The notes under the pieces were generated by a model. That model saw only the letters and a program-made list of their open reading frames with translations, did not search any database and was not told the DNA's origin. Below, piece by piece: positions 37,923 to 52,100 of a stretch of DNA of 64,000 nucleotides; position 1 is the stretch's first letter; each line of letters starts with the position of its first letter. The translations under genes and the position numbers were made by a program. This DNA is from Selaginella moellendorffii (taxonomy: Eukaryota > Plantae > Lycopodiophyta): assembly GCF_000143415.4 (NCBI RefSeq), contig NW_003314309.1:1231034-1295033 (forward strand), in the 5' to 3' direction.

Positions 37923-39544
37923 TTAGTCTAAGGCCTCTTCTTTCTTTCCACTAGCTTTTCTCTTTGTCTTTTGCATTTACACATAATATGCTTAAGCCTT
38001 GAACATCATGCCCATATCTCCACATCCAACACCGACATCCGCAAAATGCAAAATGAATGTCCAAAGCTTGATCATGAAGACCACATCTTTAGATATCCAC
38101 ATTGCACTAACACTTTTTTTCAACCACCTTCAAGATCCAATGTGAAGCCAAAACACTAACAAAAAAAATGACATGGAAAATCAAGCGTTAAGGAAAATTC
38201 TTCATCACTCTAAAATAACAATGCCACTTCCACTAACAAAAATGCTAGCAATGTTAATGCCTTAACTACACACCTTCTCCATCCAACAATTTACTCCAAG
38301 TGCTAACAGATCAACCAACAAGCCATAACAACTGAATGTTATAGCCCTTTCTAACACCACAATGGGCCAACTCAAGGAACTAAGGAACCGATTTAAGCTT
38401 AGCATAATGGACCACTATCGAGAATCTAGTCAAAGTTACTACAATGCTACTATGTGCAAGTAGACTAGCTTCACCATCAACCACTTTGGGGTTGATCATC
38501 GTTTAACCAAGCAACTTCGTAAACACATTACTTATGATCACATAGATATGATATATAAAAAATCACAATGTTTTGATCATTAATCAAGCAACACCACGAG
38601 CAATGCTAATGTCATTACTTCAAAGATTTATGTGAATATCAAGTACCAACTCGATTCAATAAAATGCAACATAAATGCTACACCCAATTCATAGAGATTT
38701 ACAACACTTAATACCACTAACTTTTGTTTATAACACGGACAAGCTCATGCCACTCTCTTTCTGACTAAACTCAAAACTAATCCAACACCAAGTTACTCAA
38801 GGAGCAATAGCAAGGTTTCCCGGAAAAGAATTGAGCATTGCAACCCAAGTCTTCCAATAGCAAGCCTAAACAAAATGGTTTAGCACTTCACCTCTATCCA
38901 TCCCACGACTCACCACTTGCAAGATTATCATTTCCAACATGCATCAAGGTTGGGACTCTTGATTGCATTATGTGAACACAAGCAATGAGTTACACTTCAT
39001 TGCGAATCATCTCTCCAACAAAAGAAAATAATTTATGTGTTTGATCTTTCGTCCCCGATGACTCTCTTTTCGGTCTCTACTTTGACTAAACCTCAAGCTT
39101 GCATTTGCATTGCCTTCAGTCCAATTCAAGAAAAGTTTATGAGAGAGCATAGCAATAACTACTTGAATTAATAGACTAATCCCTACAATCTTGGTTGATC
39201 CACTTGTAATCATACCTAGGAAGGATCCACTAGTGTTGTGCTAAACAGTTATGGACCAGCCTATTTGCCACTCATAGCAAACCCAGGGAAAGTTTACTTA
39301 AACCCATAGTACTATGAGACACAAAATCCCTAGGCCCCAAAGTGGAGCCGGAGGGGCGCCACGTGGTAGTGGCCAAAGCGAAAGCCAAACGAGCGTAACA
39401 CGTTTGGACTAAAAGCTCCGCCTTGAAAGGTCGAGAGCGGGAGTGGAACTCCTAACAAAGTGCTCGAGGAACAAGCACAAAGAGAGCAATAAGCGAGGCT
39501 CCAAAAAGGGACCCAAAAGGACCAACACATGATATGTGGAAGTG

Positions 39545-39995
39545 TCGAGATGGACCCGAGTTGGAGTCCGAAGTGGAGTCCGAGAAGGACCCCGAGATGG
39601 AGTCCGAGGTGGAGTCCGAGGTGGACCCGAGGTGGACCCGAGATGGACCCGAGATGGAGTCCGAGATGGACACGAGATGGAGTCCGAGATGGACCAGAGA
39701 TGGAGTCCGAGATGGACCCGAGATGGAGTCCGAGATGGACCTGAGATGGACCCAAGATGGGACTCGAGATGGACCCGAGATGGAGTCCGAGATGGAGTCC
39801 GAGATGGACCCGAGATGGAGTCCGAGATGGAGCCCGAAGTCGAGACCGGGACCCAGACCGAGACTGGGACCGAGACCGAGACCGAGACCGAGATCGGGAC
39901 CGAGACCGAGACCGAGGCCGAGGCCGAGGCCGAGTCCGAGTCTGAGTCCGAATCCGAGTCCGAGTCCGAGGCCGAGTCCGAGTTCGAGTCTGAGA
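39545..39995. repeat. Compound mini/microsatellite in the 5' LTR (GAGATGGAGTCC / GAGATGGACCC, then GAGACC, GAGGCC, GAGTCC)
   Basis: Directly visible tandem arrays. Confidence 0.95.
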
Positions 39996-42900
39996 GGGTG
40001 AAAGCCCAAAGTGTTCGTCTCCCAGACCCTGGGGGGTTTGGTGAGCTCCAAAAGTATAGTAGGGGGAGGACTGTAGTGGAGCCAGTTTGGCCAGGAAAGG
40101 CCAGTCTGGCCCAGGAAGGCCGGACCCAGTGTTGGGTGATGAGCTGCCCATTGGGAAGTCCAAGACTAGAGTGAACACGGACTGACAAGCGGGGTAGCTT
40201 GGTGAAGTGTTCAAGAGCCAGCTCTAGTTCCCCCAGGAGATCGACTGGCCGATGCTCCCAGTCCAAGTGTGGGTGGCACTACTTACTTGGATACCTGGTG
40301 TGGCTCAACGGAACCTCGCTCTAAGCCCATGGCTAGAGCACCCAAAGGTAGAAGGTGAGGAGAGTACCCACGAGGCCCGCGTAGGGCCACGGTGTTCCGA
40401 AATGTTGCCCCAAAGTCCCAGACTGTGGAAAGGAAGAGGAGTAGCCCTCTAGTGTGGTGACAAGGGACACAGTCACACAGTAAGGAAGTCCTAGAGGACA
40501 GTTGGACTTAGTGGTCAGGCTTATGGGCCTTGATCCAGTGGCAGTGTTGGTGAACACGGCCATGGACAGAAAGGGACTTGGTGGGGACCAAAAAGGAGAT
40601 ATTGGGGAAAGTTATTTCCCATGTCTGTGGGCATCCTAAGGATGCTAAGGAGTGGATCTGGGATGACCACTCATGGACGGATAGCCCAGTCTTGGAGAGA
40701 CGGGATTGCAATGCAGGTGGTGTTGGACCACCGATGTGACCAAGGTGATTGGGCATGGCCTAGCGTAACGGGCTGGTATGTTGGTGGTGCCTTGGGGTGT
40801 CGGTCAAGGGATCGGACACGTGGAGCACTTGGACCAAGTGCAAAAGTTGAGTGGCATGGATGCCATTCGCGGGGCTAGCAAGCCCCAAGTTCTGAATGGG
40901 ACTTATGGAGGTTGTGAATGAGACTCCTCCAAGTGGTCGGAGGTGCGGTTAAGTGACTAAAGTAGAATGGAAAAATTAGTCGCTTACAACTTGGTATCGG
41001 AGCTGTTCCTTAGTCCGACTTTTATTGGTGCTCATGTATATCACCATTGGTGTTGGCATCGGAAGGTCTGAGGAGTGGGCCTATCCATGAGGAGTAGCAG
41101 GTCGGGAAAACATGGCTCTCCATTATAGTTCATGTGTGAACTTGTAGACACGGTGGTGGATAGAAAAGGGCCAATGATGGAACGACTTTGGGATCTTGGG
41201 AACAGTGCAAGGTTTTCCTCATTGAGTTGAGGAGGTGATCCAGATGAGCATTTGACTCAACAAACTGGCTAATGTAGTTGTGGTAAACAACTATAGTTGG
41301 GATCACAGGGAAGATAGAGACTCCAAAAACAATAAAGGAGTCACAAGATTATCCTCATATAGTTGAGGCTGGTGCTCATGAAGGTGAGACCGGAATGGAT
41401 GACTGTGAGAGGTCAAGTATGTACGAGGACACGAGTGTTTGAAGTGGTAGCCAATGTTACCTTTAATAAATGCTGGAACAAGGGGGTGTGCTCAAAGGAT
41501 GAGTCAGTATTCTCATTATATGGACAGGTAGTCCTAAGGAGAAAAAGTAGCCCACAGAGAACGGAAAATAATAAAGTGTTAGAGTGACACTTGCAAAGAC
41601 GGTCCTTATGAGTAGGACATGAATACACGAAGTTGTATTCTGGTGTGCTAGCACCTCAAAAATAGGACCTTGTGGGTTATTGGATTGGCAAAGTCCGAAA
41701 ATGCTAAATGACTCGAGTAGAGTCAAAGGATGATCCTGAAGGATTGGTGAAAGCATTTAGACTGAGGTGTGTGGTGCCCCATGAAGGATGGGGAGGATTT
41801 TAAGATCCAAGTATGAGAACAGTAGGTATCTCATTGATGGCAGAAGGTGCCATGCTAAAGTCGTGGGAAAGAGTTTCCTGGAAGAAAACAACTTTCACAC
41901 AAAGTTGTGCATGGACTCTATGGTGCAGTGCTAATGGATAATTGGCATAAGAGACAACCATATTAGTTTTGGCAAAAAGACCTAGACACAAGTAAGAAGT
42001 GTCATAAAGGTAGGCTCGTGGAGCTGATGGTGTGGAGACACCGAAGGTGCCAAAGCGTGCTGCCTTGATGTCAAGTTAGCAGGTTTATGAGAACCCCTTC
42101 CAAAGGAATCCCAATGGAAATGGGAATAGCAGAGCCTATGTTAGAAGGCATGTGGTTAGAGTGTGGTGACCCAGATAATGATGGAGGTGTGGAAGCACCA
42201 GCAATGAGTTGTAGGACTTGACAACTATGAGGCAACTAAGCAAAATGTGCAAAATAAATCGTTAAACTGGTAGAAGGCAACTACCTAACACTTCTTATTG
42301 GGATAAGGAAGTTAGATATACCCTTATGGGGGAGAAATTACTTATATTGCGATATAGTAAGTCAATGTCGTAAAGGGAATGCTCATTGTCAAAGAAGCCA
42401 TCATTGGGACACCCAAGCACTCTGGAACACCAGGAGGTGGTGTTTGGTGCCGTGAGGGCACGGATAAGGCCCAAGGGACAAAGTCCCTAGTGAATGATGG
42501 ATAGGAAGTGCTATCCAAATGCCCAAGGTTGCGGAGACAGGGGAAGTCCGTTTACCCAAATTAGACAAAGCCAAAAAGGGATTTTGGCAAGGCTAGTGAT
42601 GGGCATATAAAGGCCCATAAGTAACAACGGTGATCCCAGGGTGTGGGATTACAAGGTGAGCAAACCCGGATTGAGGAACCACTCCCTAGGCTGTCGGGTA
42701 GGTTCATCCCTATGAATACTTGCCAAGGCATGGTAGAAAGTGCAAAGCTATCTTCCTAATCTGGAGGAGAATAACCGAAGGAAATGTATGAGGCCAAAAG
42801 GCAAGTAGTATAGGGATAGAACCGAACCATAGGAATTGACAGGCATGACTAAGGGTGGTTATGCAAGTTGGGAGTGGAGAATCAAGTGGGTGCTCAAGCA

Positions 42901-45264
42901 TGTTGTTACTAGCGACCGGGATGCCATGGAGAGTCTAAAGCATGGGATTGTCCATGTTAGACTATATAGTAATTGGAAAGCTTGCGAAAGGAGAGGCTTT
43001 AGCAAGCTAAGGAACAGAGTTCCTTGAACGTTCCCCTAGGTAGATAAGTACCTAGTCAGCCAAGTGTAAATGGTTCATAGAACGCGCGAAATCAGAGTGG
43101 CGCAGCAGAAGCGTGGTCTTGAAGCTTGCCATGAGGCGAGGCTATCAAGATTGGGGACGTAGTTCCTGAGCGTTCAACAAGAGGGCTTTGAACGAAAGTC
43201 GATGGTTAAGGACTTTCACACTTATGCATGAACCATGTTATGGTGGCCGAATGACTTGCTAAGTGAGATTGGCAAGCCGGGGGGAACGAATACCCTAGTT
43301 GAAGGAGCCAACTTCAAAGGGGGGCCTAGGAGGCTGAGCATGGAGGAGTCCATGCATGATTAGAGACATGTCAAGAGAGGACTTGGCAGTGCGGAGGAAC
43401 TGGGTTCCTAAGCTGTGATCTGTAGCGCGCTTTATATATAAGTTGGTGCACCGGCGTGGGGAGTCACGCCAGGCATCCGGTGTGATGCCATCCGTAAATG
43501 CATATACGGAGGTTGGGTTCGAGTCCCGACCCTCTAGTGCTTGGGTTCGAGTCCCAAATCACTAGGGCGTGGTGATGGTTTGGAATATGAGGACACTCAT
43601 ATTTTGGTGGTCATGGACTCTCAGTGAGGAGACTGGTTTGGGCACACCGCCAAGCGAGGGATGCCTTGGAGTCGTGATGCACGGTTAGATTGCTTAGTGT
43701 GAAAGCTCAGCATATCTAACTTGAACGCTTTGGTGCAAGTGGCACCAAGGACGTGGTGAGTGAGATGGGGACACCTAATCTCAGTTGCTATGAACCCTTG
43801 GCCGTAAGGGCTGGCTTGGGTGCACCACCAAGTGTGGGGGATGCCCCCGGGGTTATGGTCAACAACTTGAAGGTCTAGAAGACCAAGTACCTCTTGGCAA
43901 CTCTGTTAAGGTGCCAAGGTGAGATCACTAGGTGATCTTATGGCCAAATAAGGACAAGGTCCTTGGTTGGCTAAGGAAGGAAGTTCCTGGTTCAAAATGT
44001 TGATTTGAACTATTTAAGATGGTGTGGCTTGGTCAAAGTGATCAAGTGGGAAGAGCACCTAAGGGAAATAAGCTGTGTCCGTGTGATGGCATAGTGACTC
44101 CGAGGAAAGTAGTCTCTATAAGAGACCCATGGGAGGGTCACGAAGTTGAGCCGTGGATAGAGCCCATAGCAAAAAATGCTAAAGAGGTGTACTTGGAGTG
44201 AACATCCTCTGGACTTGGCAAAGAAGAGTCTTTGCTATGGAACTGAAGGGATACCTCGAAAATGGAGGTAGCGATCCTATGTTGCTGGGTGCAACAATCA
44301 AGGATAGGAGCAAAGGATTAGTGGCCAAGTTTGGGCCATGGAATTTAATGGAAGGGATCCAAATGACAAAGTTAGCCAAGGAACACTAATGTGTTTAATG
44401 CTAACGGCTTGTGGGAAAGGAAGTGGACTTCCAAGGATGGATTCCTAAGTGCTCCAATTTGGCGAAATAAAAGCTCCAAGTGAGGGAGCGGCAAAGTAGC
44501 CAAATGATAGGGCCGTGGACAACCCTAGCACAAATTATGATAACCGGAACTTAATGCCAAAGGTGGCACGAAATTAAAAAGAGGATGATGTTGCCCTCGA
44601 GTAGAGGACTTCCTAAGAGGGGGAAGTGGAGTTGCACAATATGTGCAATGCAAGGTGTCGGAGACACCCAGGAAATTGACTTCAAGAAGTCAGAATTAAA
44701 AGTTCCAAAATGCAAGGGTTATATCGATGGAAAGTGAGACCACTCGAGAATGAGTAGTGGGATTGAGTTAGAGAAGGTGTCTCTAACAGGTTTAGTGAGA
44801 ACTAAACCAATAAAAGGAAAGAACCACCACAAGTGATCGAATGAGCCTCTAAGTTGGAGGGGCTATGCTCCTTAAAGGATGGACAAGGCATGGTGAGCCT
44901 TTGGTGTCAAACCATAGACAAATATTGGCTAGGTGCCAAGGATGGAAATGGTAACACGTGCGGGTGTTACTTTATGAAAGGGTTTACCGTTTGATGAGGA
45001 CATCGAACTTTGTCTATGGGTGGTGGAGTTGTGAGACACAAAATCCCTAGGCCCCAAAGTGGAGCCGGAGGGGCGCCACGTGGTAGTGGCCAAAGCAAAA
45101 GCCAAACGAGCATAACACGTTTGGACTAAAAGCTCTGCCTTGAAAGGTCGAGAGCGGGAGTGGAACTCCCAACAAAGTGCTTGAGGAACAAGCACAAAGA
45201 GAGCAATAAGCGAGGCTCCAAAAAGGGGCCCAAAAGGACCAACACATGACACGTGGAAGTGTCC

Positions 45265-45935
45265 AAGATGGACCCGAGTTGGAGTCCGAAGTGGAGTCCG
45301 AGAAGGACCCCGAGGTGGAGTCCAAGGTGGAGTCCGAGGTGGAGTCCGAGGTGGACCCGAGGTGGACCCGAGAAGGACCCGAGATGGAGTCCGAGATGGA
45401 GTCCGAGATGGAATCCGAGATGGACACGAGATGGAGTCCGAGATGGACCCGAGATGGAGTCCGAGATGGACCCGAGATGGAGTTCGAGATGGAGTCTGAG
45501 ATGGACCCGAGATGGAGTCCGAGATGGAGTCCGAGATGGAGTCCGAGATGGAGTCCGAGATGGACCCGAGATGGGACCCGAGATGGGACTCGAGATGGAC
45601 CCGAGATGGAGTCCGAGATGGACCCGAGATGGAGTCCGAGATGGAGTCCGAGATGGAGTCCGAGATGGACCTGAGATGGGACCCGAGATGGACCTGAGAT
45701 GGAGTCCGAGATGGACTCGAGATGGACCCGAGATGGAGTCCGAGATGGAGTCCGAAGTCGAGACCGGGACCAAGACCGAGACCGGGACCGAGACCGAGAC
45801 CGAGACCGAGATCGGGACCGAGACCGAGACCGAGACCGAGGCCGAGGCCGAGGCCGAGTCCGAGTCCGAGTCCGAATCTGAGTCCGAGTCCAAGTCCGAG
45901 TCCGAGTCCGAGGCTGAGTCCGAGTTCGAGTTTGA
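45265..45935. repeat. Expanded compound mini/microsatellite in the 3' LTR
   Basis: Same units as the 5' LTR, about 220 bp longer. Confidence 0.95.
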
Positions 45936-48238
45936 AAGCCCAAAGCGTTCGTCTCCCAGACCCTGGGGGGTTTGGTGAGCTCCAAAAGTATAGTAGGGGG
46001 AGGACTGCAATGGAGCCAGTTTGGCCAGGAAAGGCCAGTTTGGCCCAGGAAGGCCGGACCCAATGTTGGGTGATGAGCTGCCCATTGGGAAGTCCAAGAC
46101 TAGAGTGAACACGGACCGACAAGCGGGGCAGCTTGGTGAAGTGTTCAAGAGCCAGCTCTAGTTCCCCCAGGAGATCGACTGGCCGATGCTCCCAGTCCAA
46201 GTGTGGGTGGCACTACCTACTTGGATACCTGGTGTGGCTCAACGGAACCTCGCTCTAAGCCCATGGCTAGAGCACCCAAAGGTAGAAGGTGAGGAGAGTA
46301 CCCACGAGGCCCGCGTAGGGCCACGGTGTTCCGAAATGTTGCCCCAAAGTCCCAGACTGTGGAAAGGAAGAGGAGTAGCCCTCTAGTGTGGTGACAAGGG
46401 ACACAGTCACACAGTAAGGAAGTCCTAGAGGATAGTTGGACTTAGTGGTCGGGCCTATGGGCCTTGATCCAGTGGCAGTGTTGGTGAACACGGCCATGGA
46501 CAGAAAGGGACTTGGTGGGGACCAAAAAGGAGATATTGGGGAAAGTTATTTCCCATGTCTGTGGGCGTCCTAAGGATGCTAAGGAGTGGATCTGGGATGA
46601 CCACTCATGGACGGATAGCCCAGTCTTGGAGAGACGGGATTGCAATGCAGGTGGTGTTGGACCACCGATGTGACCAAGGTGATTGGGCATGGCCTAGCAT
46701 AACGGGCTGGTATGTTGGTGCTGCCTTGGGGTGTCGGTCAAGGGATCGGACACGTGGAGCACTTGGACCAAGTGCAAAAGTTGAGTGGCGTGGATGCCAT
46801 TTGCGGGGCTAGCAAGCCCCAAGTTCTGAATGGGACTTATGGAGGTTGTGAATGAGACTCCTCCAAGTGGTCGGAGGTGCGGTTAAGTGACTAAAGTAGA
46901 ATGGAAAAATTAGTCGCTTACAAGTACATGGAACAACTCATGGAACCATTGATAAGCTAATATTAATCCTGCCAACTCAAAGTGTAACATTGAGTTGCTA
47001 ATGTGCGTCACTCACGAGCCCAAGCGCAAACTCGTGAAAACGGAATAACTTAATCCCTCTTATGAGCCCAAGAGCAAGCTCACATTATTATGGTACAAAA
47101 AGGTAACCAAAATCCACACCCAAGGAACAATTGCGAAGCCTTTGCACCCAAACGTGTACCCACTTGGATCATCATTTTCATCTCTGCATATGTAACAAGA
47201 CTAGTTGCCCAATCTTATTGGATAGTACTCGCCGAGACTCATCCTCTGATACCAAATGTAACATACGTGGTTTTGACCCTTTATCCTATGGTGATTTACT
47301 ATAGGATAACACCACGAAGCAGAACCTAAACCCTCCATGTGCCACGTGTCATATGCCATGTGTCCATAGGACAGTGGTGTGGAACCTGAGTTTCAGGGCC
47401 TTGGGCCACTAAATGAAGGAACGGTGCCAAACTCCCAAGCATGGAGCCAAGGAGTGACAAAACCAGTCCACAGAGCAACTCCCGAGCACACAGCCCAAGG
47501 AGCGAAGGAACAAGAGCACGGAGTGACTTGGAACAGTCCTGGAGTATCCAGCACCCCAATGCCAGGACCAGTATGCAAAACGGAGCCAAACGGATTCTGG
47601 CGCTATTTCGGCATACCGGTGGCCTAACGCAAGGATATGGGTACTCCACCAGCTAGAATGGAATGAACTTGGGCTTAGACCCAAGCCGAATGCAGAACAA
47701 AAATAGGCACACAGGTGAGATCTAGACTATGCCTCAGGTTGGTCGGCCATGCCCGACCTACCCACTATCCCTACTATAGATTTGGAACCCCCACAGAAGC
47801 TCTATTTTGTTAAAGTGGGAATTGTCATTATCCCACTTGTAAAATAAGGTTTCCAAACCTTTATATAGTATATAAATATAACAAAATTCAACTGCATTGA
47901 GGCACATGCCATTTTATTTTAAACAAGGAAATGTCTACTCAATCACTTCTCCTCCCCCTGCCACTGCTTCACCTCTTTCTTCTCCTTGTCATCGTCGTTC
48001 AATTTCTTTCCATCCTTTTAATATTGGCTCAGTTGCTCCGAGTCTAGGTGGAGCCCAAGTCCCCATTCAATCTTTACTTTCCCCTTATTAATAAAACAAC
48101 TTCGTAGACTTCCAATAACATGCTTTAACACTTCTAGTATAATGCAAATCCTCTCAAAGAATTGTCTTTTAATATTAATACAATGGCATGGAACCCCATG
48201 CCATAATAAGTTACATTTTTAAATAAATACATGCCATC

Positions 48239-49101
48239 TCAGACTATTATTTTTTGCCTCCAACGCCTATACAATAATCTTGGAATTTCATCACTCTCCA
48301 CACTATCAGGATTTAAACCCAATAGTAATGCCATCTCTTCTCTAATACGTCCACGCTCATGTTCAGTGGTCGAAGAACCCATTCGGTTGAGTAGATTATG
48401 GAGATGCGGATAGTGCTTGGCTAGACAATATACATGCCATAAATGATGACTGGTGTCTGTCCGATCAAATGGCTTTTGATATATCGTTCCATCTGCCATT
48501 TGGTTGATTTCTGCAGCCACCTCCTGGACTGGCCGGTTCTCTATCACCATCGCTCCAAGCCGTTTTGCAAGGTCCCTTAGAACATACGGTTTCTTCTCCC
48601 TAGTTTCCATACTGCAAGAGATGGGGTGCACTACATATGTGTGCGTGTTCGCTGCAGTTTTAATCGGCGAGTCATCGATGATGAGGATTTCACTTGACCT
48701 AGCAGTCCGGTTCATCACTACAGCCTCTGGCTTGACGAAGATGGGCTTGCTACCCCTCACATAGACCATAGTCAAGCAATCCTCTTGCGTTAGGAGAAAG
48801 TCAAATGGTAATATTACTCGCGTCTGATCGTGCATCATCTGTAGCAACGTTAATGCATTGTGGCGCATCATGGATGTCCAAACTCCCAATTGCAAATTGA
48901 ACCCGGCCCTCTGTTTTAAGTGTCGCATGGTCATTATTAGATCCCGCAGTTTCTCCTGTGTGATTAATGTGAATCTGTCTCTTTTGACCAACTTGCGACC
49001 GCAGGCTTTGGAGGGTGCAGTGACATTCGAGGACGAGCCACGCTCATGGGAGAAAAGGACACTGTTTAGATCAAAAACGATATAGTACCTTCGCTGTGAC
49101 T
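48239..49101 (-). CDS. FCP1/NIF-like HAD-fold domain (probably the terminal exon of the cargo gene)
   Basis: YIVFDLNSVL (motif I variant), LGVWTSMMRHNA, KPIFVK, ILIIDDSPIK..N; splice acceptor at about 49102. Confidence 0.7.
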
Positions 49102-49185
49102 CTGAAATGAAATGCGTCAGCATAAAAAATGGTACAAGTCAATTTTACCATCTACAATATTAGCGAATGGTGCTCCCGATGGTCG

Positions 49186-52100
49186 TTAAGAGGGTTTTGG
49201 TCGAGGAAACGTGAAGGGCGGAAATACTCTCCTCTGCAATGTGGGGTCAATCGCATCCGATGGCGTGTGGGCACATGCCATTTCAGCTGTAGACTCTGGT
49301 ACAACTGGCTCAACAGTGGCATGGGGTGGTTCCGATGGCGTGTGATCACACGCCATTTCAGCTGGTGCCTCCATTGGTAAAGTGGACATGACCGAACAGG
49401 CAGCAGGGGCGGTGTAGGGAGGTTCCAACGGCGCGTAGTCAGACGATTGGGCACACGTTGAGTCCGTTGGAAATGAGGATACGACCGGCTCGACGGCTGG
49501 GGCAGCCTCATGCGGGTCCAATGGCGCCTGGTCACCGTCAGTTGGATACGTGGACAAGATTGACTCAGTGGTATGGGCAGCATCAAGTGGAGCGTGGTCA
49601 GCTTGCTTGGCGTTGATATGGATAGTAGCCTCCACCAGCTCTAATGACTCTTGCAGGCAAGTAGAGTCCACTGGCGGATCCATATGCATGTCCAAATATC
49701 TCCCTTCGATTGAGATGGTATCCTCCCGTGCTACTAAAAACAAACTCATTAGCACATTGAATCAACTATACTATATTTACCATCAACTGCTATTGAGGAA
49801 CTAGGACCGATATCACTTGGGCGCACTGCTGATTCTGAAGGATTGAACATACGTTTCGACCCTTGCTTGGCACTATCCTTCCTCGACACTAAAGGCTAGA
49901 GTTTGTATCTTAATTCAACTGAATAATCTCTACTTACCATTTGCTCTGCGACCTACATGGACAATGTTAGAAATGGTAAAAGGCTAGGAATGGATGTACT
50001 ATTATTTACCTGATGGTTTGTCTTGTATGACCTTCCTCCGCTGCTCTTTGGCCACCTCAGGCTGGCTATCGTCGTCATCATCATCGTCATCGTTATTGTG
50101 ATCGTCACCATTGTGAGGACCATCCAAGTCCTCTTCGTCCTCCTCTTCTTCGTCCTCCTCTTCTTTGTCCTCCTCTTCGTCCTTCTGCTCTTCCTGCTCA
50201 TTATCTTTCTCTGGCTCCTCATCCCCCTCTTGCATTTCTTCCATAGGCTGCTCAGGCTGGATGGCTTGTTCTTCCAGGACCATCTTGGGAAAATCATCTG
50301 GCCGAGTCTTCATCTCAAAATACAAGACATCCATAGCCTATTTTAGTGCGTGACCTAGGACCGTATCCTCACCCGACTGTCTTAACATGGTTTCTGCACG
50401 TTCTTGCACCCTTCGAAGACGATGAGATGAGAAAAACGTGGCCCTGACTTGAAAAGCATCCCTCATCCATTGTACCTCTCCATTGAGATTGGGGAAGGGG
50501 AGTCCGCCATAGGAATCTGAGTCAGGAGGTGGTGACTAGCTGCTTTCACTCAGCCCTTGATTTGCAATGAATGGCATGAGCACACACGCCATAACCGCGA
50601 GGCATTACCTATCATCTTTTCGTTGCCCTTCTTCCTTTTCGAATCAAACGCCTCTGATCCCGGTGACTGTCCAACGTGCTTTCGCTTTTTATGACCACTG
50701 TCAGTTTGAGCTTGGCTGGTGCTTGCCTGTTTTGCCTTTGAAGAAGTGTCTCCTGCAAGGAATGGCATGAGACCACACGCCATTGCAAATATAATTTGTA
50801 CCTCCTTTTTTCTTATTGTTTGTCTGTTTGTCCTTCTTCGACGCGCCACCAGTGCGATTTTCAGTCCTCGTGTCTGAATATTCACAACGATCTATAATCA
50901 AAATGGCGTGAGGCCTTACGTGACCTTACCTTGTGCAGGTTGTGAGCTCGGCCCAACATGGGTATCTTCAACAGTAGCTGTTAACGCCGTTTCAGCATCT
51001 GGGGGTGGCCACGCTCCTGCATACAGAGCTTGTGAGATAACATTTAAACTTAAAGTGCGTACTCACCAGGTTTGCAGAGAAGATACTGTTTTTCTTTGGC
51101 AACTGTAATTATATGCTCCATTGAAGTCACCTCTTCAATGGAGTTTGTCACCACAACACACGGGACACCCTTGAGTAGTGTGGCTCGAAAGAATAGTCCG
51201 CCGCAGTTGTACTCGACAACGCATTTGCCCTTGGAGTCGGAAGCAGGTGACCCACCCGCTATTGCGTTGAAGACCCAGCTGAGCATTTCCCATGCTGCAC
51301 CTGGAGCTTTCTCTGGATTCGAAAGCTCCATAGCCGTCTTCAGTTCCTCAGGCACGGGTAAATTGACCTCCCTCAGATCAATTCGATCGGCCTTGTCGAA
51401 CGAAGCTGGGAAGTCACTCCAGTCCCACTCTGCTGCAGGACCAATAACAAGGGCGAGTGTGAAGATGCGGACATTCGTCGGTATCTTCTTCTTAGCCATT
51501 ATCCCATGGATCTCCCGCATCTCCTTGCCTTTCAACCGAGCCTTCACCTCGTTCAAGGCCTTCTAGAACTTGTGATAGGATTCGGAGTCGTAGATCATAT
51601 AGTGGACTGAAGATTCCACCTCCGCAAGTCCCACCATTAAGTCAATGATGGAGCTGACTTCGTCTGCATAAGTGATCTCCTCGTTTGTGAAGTCCATCAC
51701 ACAAAAGATGTTCTTGACCTGCTCATCTCCGCGGGAAACGATGCTCCTCCACCTTTGATCCTCATCCAAATTCACGTATACCCGGTAAGGTTCTCGATAG
51801 GCCTCTGCTGCGGGGTCGAGCTGTTTCTGAAGCCGGCGGTCGACATCCCTCTTAATGAAATTTGGATACTGATCCAACTTCTCAGCTTTACTTTTCGTGG
51901 CATCCCGCAGCAGATCAATGAACTTGGGGGCCCCCTTCACGTACTCGTCGATGTCTTCATTTGACAACTTCAGCTCTTCCATCATCTCTTGCGTGGTGTC
52001 GATGCTCACCCTCTCCACGGCCACTTGCTCGAAGATCCAATCCTTCAATAGCGCACGAGCTCTCAGAGTCGTGCACAAGTCCTCGTATGTCACAATATGG

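Larger units (their letters stand above)
39313..46922 (+). mobile_element. Non-autonomous LTR retrotransposon (LARD-like); LTRs 39313-40988 and 45030-46922; TSD AGTAC
   Basis: Two long, near-identical LTRs (first starts TA, second TG; both end CGCTTACA); TSD AGTAC at 39308-39312 and 46923-46927; PBS TGGTATCGGAGC at 40992; purine-rich tract before 45030; 4-kb interior without long ORFs. Confidence 0.93.
37930..47796 (-). mobile_element. Old minus-strand LTR element (partial 5' LTR 47257-47796, PBS about 47243-47254), interrupted by the LARD-like element and cut by the DNA transposon
   Basis: CTCTGATACCA (reverse complement of the tRNA-iMet PBS) followed by AA TGTAAC; LTR shares GGGGTT.CAAA..TATAGTAGGGATAGTG with 63885-63915; left boundary approximate. 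Confidence 0.6.

Noticed and set aside
43448-43565. Bona fide tRNA gene
   Set aside because: T-loops are present, but there is no canonical acceptor stem, D-arm or anticodon geometry; kept only as a structured-RNA candidate.
39330-46200. Long Ser/Arg/Pro- or Gly/Leu-rich ORFs on both strands
   Set aside because: They arise from stop-free satellite units in the LTRs; there is no evidence of coding function.
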